Assembly: GCF_009914755.1 (NCBI RefSeq)
Contig: NC_060935.1
Source of the DNA: the human T2T-CHM13v2.0 reference genome, Homo sapiens
Direction: 5' to 3' (one strand)
Length of the DNA: 64,000 nt
Each line of letters opens with the position of its first letter. The stretch's first letter is position 1. Positions 25,843 to 38,205 of this stretch are shown here, in pieces. The notes under the pieces were generated by a model, which saw only the letters and a list, made by a program, of their open reading frames with translations, was not told the DNA's origin and did not search any database. Made by a program: the position numbers and the translations under genes.

Positions 25843-27042
25843 TGTGGAAAGTGAATGTGAGTGAATGTAAAACTGTCAGGTCTGCCTCTTTTCCAAAACT
25901 CTGCCGCTTTTCTCTCTTTCCTCCGAGAAAGAGGCTCTGTTTCCCTTCACAGAGTTTTTAAAAACCCTGCCCTAACCAGGCCAGTCAAAACTCTCTGATT
26001 TTGCCTCTTTTCCTCCCTCACACAGTTTAAAATGGCTCTTATCTCTTTCTTTATGTTAAGAGTTTTGCTACAGGCTGTGGCAATAAAATAAGCATTTGGC
26101 TCAGCTGCCAAAGGTGTAAGTCAGACAAATTTTTCCTAGAGGTTCCATGTATGCCTTCACCTGGACAGCCACAGGCACACATAGTTTAGAGTACCTCCTC
26201 TTACCCTTTACTCTCCCAGCTCTGGCACCTGGGCATGCCCACAGCAGGCAAAGGCCAAGTCCAATGGCCATGAGTGGCCAATGGATGGGCACTTCTTGCC
26301 TGCCACTCCAACAGAAGATTTCTCCCCTGGCAGAGGAATTCAACCCAGTTTGAACTGGGGGGAAGGGTTAGAGGAACCCACAAGCATTAAGTGAGGGTTT
26401 CTTCCCCCAAGATCTTTCCATTTTGCCCCTTAAACGGTTTTTCTCTTTTTTTAATTCTTTTCTAAGTGAGAGGGCTCCCCACTTCCAGCTCTGTTTCTGA
26501 TCAGTAAGTTAGCAGAGGAAGAGGAACAACCCCTGCTGGCTGAGAAATGTAAATTTAGCAGGGCACATTTGAGACACTCTAAACAGATAAAAACAGCCTC
26601 TAAAATATATTTTCAGTCCCAAACTTGATTCCAAGCTTCAGACTGAAGTTGTAGAAAGAAAAAAACAGGTTGGAGGTATCCAAAGTCAGGCAACAGGCAC
26701 AATGTAAGTGGGCAAGGCCAATTCTTGCTGACTCAACCCCACCCCACAGAAGGAGCCCATAGTTCATGGCATAAACAGGCCCAGGGAACTCAAGATTTGC
26801 TGACAGCAGGGAGAAATGAAGGCATAGGTGAGGGTGGTTAATTTCTATTCTCCAGGTTTTCCCTGCTTCATGGGTACATACCTCATTAGTACCTATGTCT
26901 GGCACCTGCCAAGGTCACTGGGGCTCAGGGATAAGGGGTGGAAAGTGAAGACAGGATGCTTGCTTTCTCTCTCCATCACACGCTGAATGTTAGCTGAAAG
27001 AAGGAAGGGAATGAGGGACACCTCAATTCCCTGTCTTTCAGA

Positions 27043-28330
27043 ATGGGAAACCAGTTCTCTTCATCACCCCCAGCTTAAACTTAAATAGGGTAGATCCTGA
27101 ACCATTGGAACTGCTTTGACTCTCAGAATCTGGAGGATTCTGAACAAGGGCTTGGCCAAATTTTGTTTTACAGGGAGGACTGGCTTGATCTCAGGAAGGA
27201 ACCATTCATTTGATACCATCCAGCAGTTGGAACTTTTATGTAGATGTGAGGACACATGGTCTGAGGCCTCACATGTGCAGACTTTCTATACCTTGTAAGG
27301 CAATCGCGACCTTTGCCGACAATGTGGGATTGATCCAGCCCTCCTGTTTGCCATCTCAGGGAAGGCTGTAAGGGGCAAGCCCAGGGGATTAAAGATTCAT
27401 GTCCGAGAGGCACCCCCAGCAGAGGAGCCAGCTCCCTCAAGCCCTGTTCCTCCAGGTCCCCCTTGAGCTTCCTATCCAGCTTCAGACTGTCACTTTCCCC
27501 ATCCTAGAAATACTCGCCTTAAGACCCAGTCTCATTATTTCCCCTCCAGGGAGTGACCTTACTGGACCAGTAAGGTCCAGGTCCCCTTCTCCCTACAGGA
27601 CTTAAAGCAAATTAAGGGGGATCATGGCAAATTCTCAGATGACCCTGATAGAGATATCAATGCTTTCTAGAATTTCACTAAAATATTTGAACTCTCCTTG
27701 AGAGACGTTATGTTACTTTTGAATCAGACCCTGCTGGTCACTGAGAAACATGCTGCTTTGAAAGCAGCAGAGAGATTTGGGGATGAGCTTTGTGTCACAT
27801 AGAGTGTCAGGGGAGGGGATGAATATTATCGAACTGGAAAAGAAGCAGTACCAGTGCATGACCCTAAATGGGATCCCAGTGACAAGATGGAAGACTGGAA
27901 GAGGAGACACTTCCAGGCATGCATAATGGAGGGCTTACATGGGACTAAGACAAAGCCTCTCGGTTATAATAAGTTGTCTATGATCGACCAGGGATTTGAT
28001 GAAAACCCCACTGCCTTCCTGGAGAGGCTAAGAGAGGCCTGGGTAAAGCACACCTCTCTATCTCCTGATTCAGTCAAGGGACAACTAATCCTAAAGGATA
28101 AATTTATTAATCAGGCAGCTCCTGACATCAGGAGGGAGTTGCAGAAATGTGTTCTGAACCAGACAATACACTAGAGGACCTCCTGAAACTGGCCACCTCT
28201 GTCTTTTATAATAGAGACAGGGAGGCCCAGGAAAAAGAGAGGAAATACAGGAAAAAACCAGAAACTTTAATGGCCACCAGGCAAGCCCACAAACCCCAGG
28301 ATTCCCAGGGTGCACCTGTTAACTGCTAAA
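27043..28330 (+). pseudogene. gag: ERV1 (HERV-W/9-like) gag pseudogene
   Basis: MGNQ start; matrix motif FDTIQQLELLCRCEDTWSEASHVQTFYTL; capsid VQVPFSLQDLKQIKGD..FSDDPD; MHR QGFDENPTAFLERLREA...KDKFINQAAPDIRRELQK; multiple stops and frameshifts; cut off at the nucleocapsid Cys. Confidence 0.92.
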
Positions 28331-28551
28331 GATATGGCAAGAACAGTTATCTCTCTTCTAAAGTTTAACTGCTCCCATACAAGGTTTAATTTCTTTCAGC
28401 AGGGTGGAACAGCTCAGAATACAATGTTGTTGTTAGTATATTTTACTTCTTGTCACTGTAATCTATGGCACTAATTTTTTCCTTATATAATACACATGTT
28501 TAACCCATGCATACTTAACTTTATAACATTTATTTATTTTTTCTCATGCCT

Positions 28552-28755
28552 AGAAGCCATGAAACTCTAAATGGTCGGGCAACTAGAGCCTCGGGCAATG
28601 GCTCCCCTTTGCTGGGAACCCTTAGATACACCCCTGGGACGAATCTGACTGCTGTTATCCCCCAAAACAATGCCCCCTGTCAGAAGGAAGCAGGTAAAAC
28701 TGGTCATCTTCCATATTCTAACAGCAGTTAGACATACCTCTTCAGAGCAGGGAAA
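28552..28755 (+). pseudogene. Remnant of env cytoplasmic tail/3'UTR and PPT
   Basis: EAMKL*MVGQLEP...EPLDTP resembles the HERV-W/9 Env tail (EAVKLQM..EP...PLDRP); ends in purine-rich agagcagggaaa followed by TG. No pol between gag and this remnant. Confidence 0.6.
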
Positions 28756-29063
28756 TGTTATGGGAGAAGGAGACCTGGACCTTATTGGGCCCAAATTCAT
28801 TGGGCATTTGTTGAAGGGGTAAGAATGAGACTGCAGCATGTTTAAGGTGAGTATTTCTAGGAGTGGGCAAGTGAGAGGCTGAAGCTGGATAGGAAGATGG
28901 GGGTGATCCTGGAGGAGCAGGACTTAAGGGAGCTTGCTCCAAGCCCAATACCTCCCCCCTGGCCCAGGTGTGCCTCCTGGCCATGCTGGAAAGGATTAGA
29001 TCCTCTGATGATTGTCTTAATAGCTGTGTCCTCTCTCCAGGACTCTTCACTCGATACATAACA
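28756..29063 (-). other. 308-bp segment bounded by TGTTATG/CATAACA containing an inverted gag fragment (28762-28940)
   Basis: Reverse complement homologous to 27424-27593 (cttcctatccagcttcag, tcctagaaatactc, taaggtccaggtc); minus-strand ORF has LPLQQMPNEFGPNKVQVSFS (Gag p12/CA junction). Confidence 0.85.
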
Positions 29064-29599
29064 ATTAAAATTGCTTACTTCCTAGGTTTTTCACTGGAAA
29101 TTAAGGTGATGTTTAAGGCTGTAGTGAATATATGTAATGAAAACTACTAGATATAAGAGAAAAAATTTTGCACACAAAGTTTGAAAGAAAAGTAAGATGT
29201 GTTTTTCATTAGGATGGTTATAAAACAAATAAGAATGTTATTTTTGTTAAAGGAAAATTATTTTGTCTAGTTTACAGATTATTGAAAGATTGTTTTAAAG
29301 TGAAGGAATAAAAAATGAATGATAGATAAAACTGAATGGATATAGAAAGGAAATAAAAAATTCTAAGAAGTTAGGAAAGGTTATAAAAATTTTATCACAT
29401 GTGGTAAAAAAGTGACTGAGATTGCATGAATTTGTTTATAAGACTTTGTTAAAATTACATTTAGTATTAATAACACCATGATGCAAAGGTATAATGTGAT
29501 TTTTTTAAGTAAAAATTTTGTACAGTATTAATATGAAATAGTAAAATACTTGTTCATCTTTGGAGTAAACTTCAAAAATAAATGAGGAGAGTTTTCCTG

Positions 29600-29905
29600 T
29601 TTTGTTTTGTTTTTTGTTTTTTTTTTAAAACAAGGTCTTGCTTTATTGCCCGGGTTAGAGTGCAGTGGTATGATCATGGCTCATTGCAGCCTCAACCCAA
29701 ACCTTTGGGCTCAAGCAATCCTCCTGCCTCAGCCTTCTCAGTATTTGGGTCTACACCACACCTGGCTATTTTATTTTATTTTTTTTGTAGAGATGGGGTT
29801 TTGCCACGTTACCCAGGTTGGTCTCAAACTACTGGGCTCAAGTAATCCTCCTGCCTTGGCCTCCCACATTGTTGAGGTTACCAGCATGAGTCACCACACC
29901 TAGTC
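29600..29905 (-). mobile_element. AluJ
   Basis: Antisense Alu with J diagnostics (gggctcaagcaatcctcctgcc). Confidence 0.9.
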
Positions 29906-30051
29906 TTTCATACTACCTTAATTAGGTCATCTGATTTTTGAGAAAACCAAAGTTACTCTCTATCAAAGAGTGAAGTTTTTAGTTTTGTCTGTTTTGCCTT
30001 TAAAAATCTTTTATCAATTTGGCTGAATGAATTACTATTATTTTATAGTGA

Positions 30052-30419
<368 letters not shown>

Positions 30420-30672
30420 TCAAATTTCAAATTCTAAATTAAGTCTTTCTGACCTCAAACTAATGTTGGACATTTCAAAAAGAGCCCATGGAACCCTAAG
30501 AGAAGCATATTAGGCTTACCTGAGATGTTAACATCATTCAAGAATCATTGTTAAATAAGAAATGGTTTAATGAAATCCTTCATCACTCAGCTATTAACTC
30601 CATTTTTCTCTCCACAGCCACCAACTCAGTCTTTAGTGTGTGAAATTTCTAGGGAAGTTTCAGATAGGGGAA

Positions 30673-31259
30673 TGCTGGGGAATAGAAAATGATTCCCCAA
30701 AATATGGCTCTTGGGCATGCAAGTGCTTTTGAAAATTAAAAGGCCTCAGAAATAAGCCTCAGAATCAAGGTCTGTCTAACCTTGTTTTGTTCCTCCCTCT
30801 ACATGGCAGGGAGAGACTCCCTTTGGAATTTCCTAATCTGACCAAGAAACCTTCTTACTAAAAGAAACACAATTGCCTTCTATCCCCTTCCAGAAATCTC
30901 ATTATTTCAGAAAAGAAAAGAGTGGAACCATATCCAGGTGAAATTTTTAACAAGATAATATCTGCCTCTGGGGCTCATTAAAATTCCAAAGTAATTTATT
31001 TACAAGTTAATTTATGTCTCCCTGGTCCCTTCATTCTCCCTAATTGTCTATATGTCCCATCTCCTCTATCTCTTATAAAAAAAAAAAAACTTATATAAGC
31101 TTCTGTGCCCCATTAGGGGTTGGGAGTAATTACTCTATGTTCTGTCCCCATGCACATTAATAAAATTTGTAAGCCTTTTCTCTTATTAATTTGGCTTTTG
31201 GCAGTTGATTTTTAGCAACTCTTCAGACAGCAAAGGGAAGTTTTCCTTTTGCTCCTACA
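30673..31259 (+). mobile_element. MER34-group ERV1 LTR
   Basis: tgctggggaatagaaaatgattccccaaaatatggc...aaggcctcagaa...tatataagcttctg...attaataaaattt...gctcctaca; PPT on its left, PBS-like ttttggtgc..caggat and leader on its right. Confidence 0.8.
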
Positions 31260-31683
31260 GTTTTGGTGCATCAGGATATCAAAGCTGACCTGCTTATCTG
31301 GAAGCTACAGTCAAGGGAATCCAGGATCTGACAAGCTGGCAGAGAAATTTTTATTATACCCTCTGAACTTACTGTTGCTGCTAGCCCATCCAGGATATTA
31401 AAATAATAATGTCACAATGTTTAGACATGGTTAATTAAATACATGCTTCTCCTGGTGTATAGTTTATCATCATAGAATACTACAGGCCTCCTACTTAGAG
31501 TGGCTCCCTTGTCATTCATGTTTGGCCAATCTCTGAAGTCTTGGAAGTACGTTAACTTCCAACAGTCTCTCTCATGGGGCACAACACTAGCATTTCAAAG
31601 GGCAATCAATTACAAATCTGTGCCAATCAAATGATAATTGATTAGTGATACTTCCTCATGTCAGACCTTGATCAAAAGGGAAA

Positions 31684-31992
31684 TGTGGAATGTGATATAC
31701 AACATGGTTTCACTCTGGTTCAGAGCTCTAAAGTGGAGTCAGGAAGCCATTCTAAGGAGGACTACCTGGCCATCCTGCAATAATGCAAAAACCCTATAGA
31801 CTGTTTTAAACTTTTGAACTGGACCAAACTGCTCCAACCACAACATCCCAGGAAGCAGCTGAGCTTCACCAGCTCTGCAACTCTTGAACAGCAGCAACCA
31901 ATGAACTATGGATTCGTGTACTAAGCCAGGCACCTAAAACAATGGTAATTCCTTCAAAATAACTTCTGTTATCACCCTCATCTTTTTAAAAA
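31684..31992 (+). mobile_element. 3' LTR of the MER89-type provirus, truncated
   Basis: Preceded by the PPT atcaaaagggaaa; tgtggaatgtgatatacaacatggtttcactctggttcagagctcta... is homologous to 20787-21120; the R/U5 part is replaced by a duplicated segment. Confidence 0.85.
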
Positions 31993-32217
31993 AACTGGCC
32001 AATTTTTTAAAAAACAATTTTTTTGTAGAGAGCAAGTCTTGGCTCTCACTTTGTGGCCCAGGCTGTTCTTGAATTCCTGGTTTCCAGTGATTCTCCTACC
32101 TCGGTATCCCAAAGTGCTGAGATTACATGTGTAAGCCACATCCAGCCTCAAATTTCAAATTCTAAATTAAGTCTTTCTGACCTCAAACTAATGTTGGACA
32201 TTTCAAAAAGAGCCCAT
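31993..32217 (+). repeat. 225-bp near-identical direct duplication of 30265-30489
   Basis: Direct comparison shows one substitution (ggttctc/ggctctc) and two homopolymer length differences. The two ORFs MAQAVLEFLVSSDSPTS... in the track are the same sequence. Confidence 0.97.
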
Positions 32218-33320
32218 TGTCTCCAGGACAATGATAGACTTCCCAAAATAAGGAGCCAGTAATTTTTTTATATTACCAACACAATGCTAGTTTTAACTTT
32301 CTTCCAAATCTTATAGATTCCCCCTAAATTTCACCACTTCCTGACAGTGATGAATGGGGTGACAATCCTCATAAGAACATGGCCATCCTTGTCAGCTTGG
32401 ACTTACACCTATAATGAGGGCATATGTTGTTGCACTATCCAAGGGCAAAAAGGCCTTATTGGAACACAATGTCTTCATTATAGAGGGAGCTCACAAAAGT
32501 GCCCATAAAATCTGCTTCAAGACCTTGTTAGCTTGCACGAAACACATATACTGCTCACACAGGTAAAAATCTCTTCACCTACTTAAGAAGTTGCAAGAAG
32601 TTTAAGCAGTCCAACAATTTATATAAATATTCAAAGACTATCTGCAGAGCAGCAATCTTCCTGACTCTTTGTTCTTAGTCTGCACTCTTGAGACAATGCT
32701 GATGCCAATTGTAGGATTGAAACATAACTTCTTTTTCTAGACAGTTAAGAGCATTGAGTTTGAAGCTTCTGGCTGCACAATAGCTTTTGCATTTTCAAAG
32801 AACAAATAAGTGGAGAACTATAGCCCTGTGCTGTTACATTTCTAAGCAGGTGTGTTGAGGTATAGGGTTAGAATCCTTGAAACAAAGTTTTGTTAGATTT
32901 GGGTGATGCAATTAGAAACTAGTCTGTAATTGATTTGTCCAAAGTAGCATGTGAAAATTTTTTTTTAAAGTACAAAAAATGCCTTTAAAAGTTTTATACA
33001 ATTCTGTAAATGTTTAAATAACATTTTGATGTCTTCTAAGGGGAATATCATATATATTTTGTGTAAACAGCAGTAACTATGTGCCTATCTAAAAGAAAGA
33101 TTTTTGAGGATGAAATATTTGTCTGCCAAAACATATGAAAGCATGTAATGAAGATAGTCCTAAGTATTAGAAAATATTATATTTTTATTTTGCATGATTT
33201 GTAGCACCTACACTGTGCTTTGGTGGTGCTGAAACTGCATCCAGAGTGAGCATTCTCTTGGATTGCTAGGCAGATGTATTTTTAAAAATAATATTCCTGA
33301 ATAAAAAATGAGCTCTACTG

Positions 33321-33630
33321 GGCCAGGCCTGGTGGCTCATGCCTGTAATCCCAGCACTTTGGGAGGCCAAGGCAGGCAGATCACGTGAGGTCAGGAGTTC
33401 AAGACTAGCCTGGTCAATATGGTAAAACCCTGTCTGTACTAAAAATACAAAAATTAGCCGGGCGTGGTGGCAGGTGCCTTTAGTCCCAACTACTCAGGAG
33501 GCTGGGGCAAGAGAATTGCTTGAACCCAGGAAGCAGAGGTTGCAGTGAGCCGAGATTGCACCACTGCACTCCAGCCTCGGCGACAGAGTGAGACTCTGTC
33601 TCAAAAAAACAAGCAAACAGACAAAAAAAA
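33321..33630 (+). mobile_element. AluSx-like
   Basis: Full Alu; TSD agctctactg. Confidence 0.95.
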
Positions 33631-33639
33631 GCTCTACTG

Positions 33640-34400
33640 GGTTATTATAAAGCTATTTGTTATAAAACTTTGTCTAAAGGTAGAGTAATTAAGATAATGT
33701 GATATTGGGCAAATAAAAGATAAGTAGGCCAACCGAATAGAAGAGAGAAACCAGAAACAATAAGCACATGTGGATATTTAAATTTTGACAAAAAGGGGAC
33801 TGTAGAACCATGGAGGAGATGAATGTCTCATCTCAATAAGTGGTGCATTGACCTTTAGATATCTACATGGAAAAGAAAGAATGAAACTTGATTCCCCCAC
33901 CTCCCAACAATACCTCAAAATATAAGTTAGTTGGATTGTAGATATATATGTACACATCACCTCTGTCATCTAAGCAAAATGACCAGTTATCCAAATAGGC
34001 AGAAAAGTTTGATCTGTAATCATAAAAAAAATTAATAGAAACAGACCTAGATGCAATAAAGATGATGAACTTTCCAGAAAAGTATGTTAAGCTGGCTATT
34101 AAAATGTGCTGTATATGTTAAGGAAGAAAGATTACATCATGAAATTGATTTGGAAAGAAATAGAAGGTGTAAGACAGGAGTCACATGAAATTGAAAAATA
34201 AATACATAAAATGAAAAAATATATTGATTGAGATTAATGGCCAATTGGACACTGCAGAATTAAAAAATGAATGAATTTGAAGACACAGCAATAGAAACTA
34301 TTCAAAATGAAGTACAGACAAAAATAAAAGACTAAAAACATTTTTACTAAAATGTAATGCTATAAACTTTTAGAAAATAATACAGACCATATGGTTTGAG
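33640..34400 (+). mobile_element. Old L1 (L1ME-type) ORF2 and ORF1 fragments
   Basis: aatagaagagagaaaccagaaac...tcaataagtggtgc; gaatttgaagacacagcaatagaaactattcaaaatgaa. Confidence 0.6.
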
Positions 34401-35344
34401 AGTAGGAAAAGAGGTCTTGCTGACATCAAAGAATTGTTTGAGTTGAAGTAACAGAAACTAAGTATCAGTGGAAAGAGGGGAGGTGTAGTCAGAGAATGGG
34501 ATGCATACAATTGAGGTTATGAAGGGGCTACATAATGACAAGCTCTAGTTTATGACCACAGAAGGAAATGGTTGAGATAGGATAGGGGATTAATGGAGAA
34601 GTATGAAAGGACATGAGAGGTGCAGAGTTATATGGCTTCCTTATGGTTTCATAGTGAATTAATAATTGACAGAACTAGACTTCAAACCCAATTTTTGCTT
34701 ACTTTGAAGTCATGCTACTTTCAAAGGAAAAATTCTTACTTCTTATGAAAGTGTAAATATGGCACAATAATTAAACCTGATAATTTCATGGACCCAAAGT
34801 AGAAGTTTTAAATCTGGATTAAAGGAATATGTTAGAATCAAAACTTTCAGTGTTATTTTTCTCCAGAGAACTCAGCTAACAAACTGATGTTCTGTGCTCA
34901 GGTGTGAGCAGCCACTATGCATGCACCTTGTCACCTATGACTGCCACAGTATCACTTAGCAAATTGTGGATTTATTTAGCTAATAAGAATTGCATTGCAT
35001 ATTCACTACATGTTCTTACGGTGCACTTTTGGAAATTTGCATTTACCTCTCAGGTTGACCATACAAGTAGCCTTTCTAAGGGCCTCTGCAAAAAAAAATG
35101 TACATTCCAAGTGGATAAAAATCTGACTCTGGATTTGAAAGGAAAGAGGAGGAATACAAAATGAGGATATTCTAGAAAGAAAGATACATAAGCATTTTTC
35201 TTTCAATAGGGTCATAAATCACAATTTAAGTATAAAATTAGATTGTTTAACACAACTCTCAATATTGTTTGTGGACAGCAGTTTATTCATTTTTCAAACA
35301 GTTAATGTTGTTTAAAAGTTATTATATTTCACAGATATATTGTT

Positions 35345-35712
35345 TTTTAACATTAAACTTTGCATGTTGAGGTAATTGTAGATTTATATACCGTTTTAAA
35401 ATAGAATATAAAAAAGACCCTGTGGGCCGGGCGCGGTGGCTCACGCCTGTAATCCCAGCACTTTGGGAGGCCGAGGCGGGTGGATCATGAGGTCAGGAGA
35501 TCGAGACCATCCTGGCTAACAAGGTGAAACCCCGTCTCTACTAAAAATACAAAAAATTAGCCGGGCGCGGTGGCGGGCGCCTGTAGTCCCAGCTACTCGG
35601 GAGGCTGAGGCAGGGAGAATGGTGTGAACCCGGGAAGCGGAGCTTGCAGTGAGCCGAGATTGCGCCACTGCAGTCCGCAGTCCGGCCTGGGCGACAGAGC
35701 GAGACTCCGTCT

Positions 35713-35746
<34 letters not shown>

Positions 35747-36465
35747 TCCTGTGAACACTTTTTCCAATTTCTTCTAAAAGTAACTTCTTGCAAAATTGTA
35801 TCAAAATATAACAACCAGGATATTGACACTGATAAAACTCACCCATCTTAATCAGAATTCTCCAATTTTACTTACACTAATTTGTGTGTAATGTGTGTAC
35901 ATTTAATTCTGTGCAAGTTTATCACCTGACAGTTTCTTCTATCCACCACCACAGTCAAGATACAGAACAGTCCCATCACTACAAAGATCCCTCATCTTGC
36001 CCTTTTATAAACCCACCCACATTTGTTTTCTCCTTCCCTGTCCTTAACCCTGATAGCCACGAATCTGATCTCAATCTCTGTAATTTCGTCTTTTCAAGAA
36101 TGTTATCAAATGGAGTTTTTTTAGCATGTAAACCGTGTGATTGGCTTTTTTCACTCAGACTAACTTTCTAGAGATTCTTTCAAGTGGATGAGTGTAGTCA
36201 ATAGTTTATTTTTATTATTGAGTAGTGTTTCATGGTATAGATATACTAGTTTGTTTAACTGTTTAACCCAACTGAAGGGCACCTGGCTTGTTTCCAGTTT
36301 GTAGCTGTGATAAATAAAGCTGTTACCAACATTTGTGTACAGGTGTTTGTGTGAACATAAATTCTAATTTCTCTAAGACAAATGTCCAAATGTGCAAATG
36401 CCATGTCAGATGGTAATTACATGTTGAGTTTTATAAGAGATTAACAAACTGCTTTCTAGAGAGGT
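35345..36465 (-). mobile_element. L1MC/MD-type 3' end, split by AluYb8
   Basis: ccaggatattgacactgata...caccaccacagtcaagatacagaacag...ttgtttccagttt...aacatttgtgtacagg. Confidence 0.75.
35425..35744 (+). mobile_element. AluYb8 (human-specific)
   Basis: Yb8 diagnostics: ggtggatcatgagg, ctaacaaggtg, cgggaagcgg, gattgcgcc and the 7-bp insertion gcagtccgcagtccggcc. CpGs nearly intact; 31-A tail; TSD aaaagaccctgtg/aaaagatcctgtg. Confidence 0.95.
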
Positions 36466-36509
36466 ATATTGCTTTTATTTGATCACTTACTAAGAGTCAG
36501 ATGCATAAT

Positions 36510-37110
36510 TTATTAATTCATGTATACATTCCTTCCACAAATATTTACTGATTGCTTACTATAGTCACACATCACTGTTCAAGAACTGCCGATAGAGTAA
36601 TGAACAAGACATCTTCCGTAATTTGTTCTAGTGTAGGAAGAAAAAAACAAAACATGTAATGTTAGATGATTAAGAACCTGACAGAATTAAGGTCATTTTA
36701 GCTAAGGCAGTCAGGGAAGGCTTCTCAGAGGTGGTGATATATAAGCTGACATATGCCTAATGAGATGAAAGAAACCCTGCACATATCTGGGAATAGATGG
36801 TTCCGAGAGGAAGGGTTGGCAAGTGTCAAGGCTCTGGGCCATAAATGAGATTGGCAAGTTTGTGGAAGAGAAAGGAAAGAAGTGTGGCCAGAGACCTCCT
36901 ACTGAAAGAGAGGGAGGAATAGGGAAAAAGATGGGAGAGGCAGACATGTCTCTCATTATACAGTCTTTGCCGGTCTAAAGAAGATGTTGAGATGTTAATC
37001 AGTTTGTCAGTTGAAATGGTTAGGTGCTTTTCCATCAAGGAGGGATAGGATTTAATTGATAAATGTTTATTTCATGACTTGTGGAAAATAGACAATGTGG
37101 AGTGTACAAT
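36510..37110 (-). mobile_element. L2 3' part
   Basis: cattccttccacaaatatttactgattgcttacta...cagggaaggcttctcagaggtggtgata. Confidence 0.7.
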
Positions 37111-37309
37111 GAGGGTTCAGCAGGAAAATATAAGCCACTTTATGTCACATGAGTCCACTGAGGTGGGGCCCAAACCCACCAGTGAGTCTAGTCACATTTA
37201 GCGAGAGGGAGACTACTGAAAGTCAGGATCCAAATCCCAGCCAATGCCTCCATTTTTTGATAGAAGTTTGGAAAGGCAGCATTCCTAGATCTAATTTGGC
37301 TTAATGAGA

Positions 37310-37465
37310 CAATTATGGTCTTTAAAGTTAAACATAATTAGTTTAAATCTTGACTTCCATTCACTAGTAGCCTCAGTTAACTTATTTAATCTTTCTGAAT
37401 TCTGATTTCCTCATTTATAAATAAAAGAATAAGCCTCATGAAATTGTGTACAGTTAGATAAAACA
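37310..37465 (+). mobile_element. MIR
   Basis: tttaaatcttgacttccattcactagtag...ttatttaatctttctga...tttcctcatttataaa. Confidence 0.6.
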
Positions 37466-38114
37466 ATGGAATAACTATTTGCCACCAGAGTCTTGGCTTA
37501 TGGCTCACATTTACCACAACAAAAATACACTAGAGGCTCAGAAAGCTTTTCCTGGCATTTCTTAGCAGCAGATCTCCTCCCCAAATAACTAAGATTTTGT
37601 ATTAGCTACAGATTTAAAAAGTGACAACTAACAAACCAAAACGTTCACATTTATGTAGAGGCCAGCATTTGACCTCAAATTTATATCAACAAACTACTCC
37701 ACCAAACGAATGAACATTCAAAAAAGTGTGAATATCTTTGTGATTTAAAATGTTTTGTGGTTTCCAGCAAAGGTAGAAACCACTGCTAATTGCACAATGC
37801 AATTACTATGATCAATGATAATTCACTATAAATTAAGTTTGATTATTGTTGTTTATCTATAAACAACGTATGCAAAGGGGCTTACTATTTGAAAACATCT
37901 CTATGGTCTTGGCAGAATAGGAATTAGGAACAGGTTTCAAGATGAATAGAAACACTCTGCTGTGCTGATTCACATAAGAATAATAGAAAACCTATAGAAA
38001 GAAAAACTGCTCCAGCACTTAGGTTGAAGAGACATGATTTAAAGTGTTTTTACTTCCTTAATACACTTTGTATATTTCCATGAACAAAGAAATGCATTAA
38101 AATTGGAGACGTTC

Positions 38115-38205
38115 TTTTTTTTATTTTTATTTTTTTTTAGACAGTCTCACTCTGTCACCCAGGCTGGAGTGCAGCAGCTCTGTTACCAGCTCACTGTAAA
38201 CCTCC
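38115..38205 (-). mobile_element. Heavily 5'-truncated Alu
   Basis: T-tail and about 65 bp of Alu 3' end between TSDs tggagacgttctttt/tggagatgttctttt. Confidence 0.85.
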
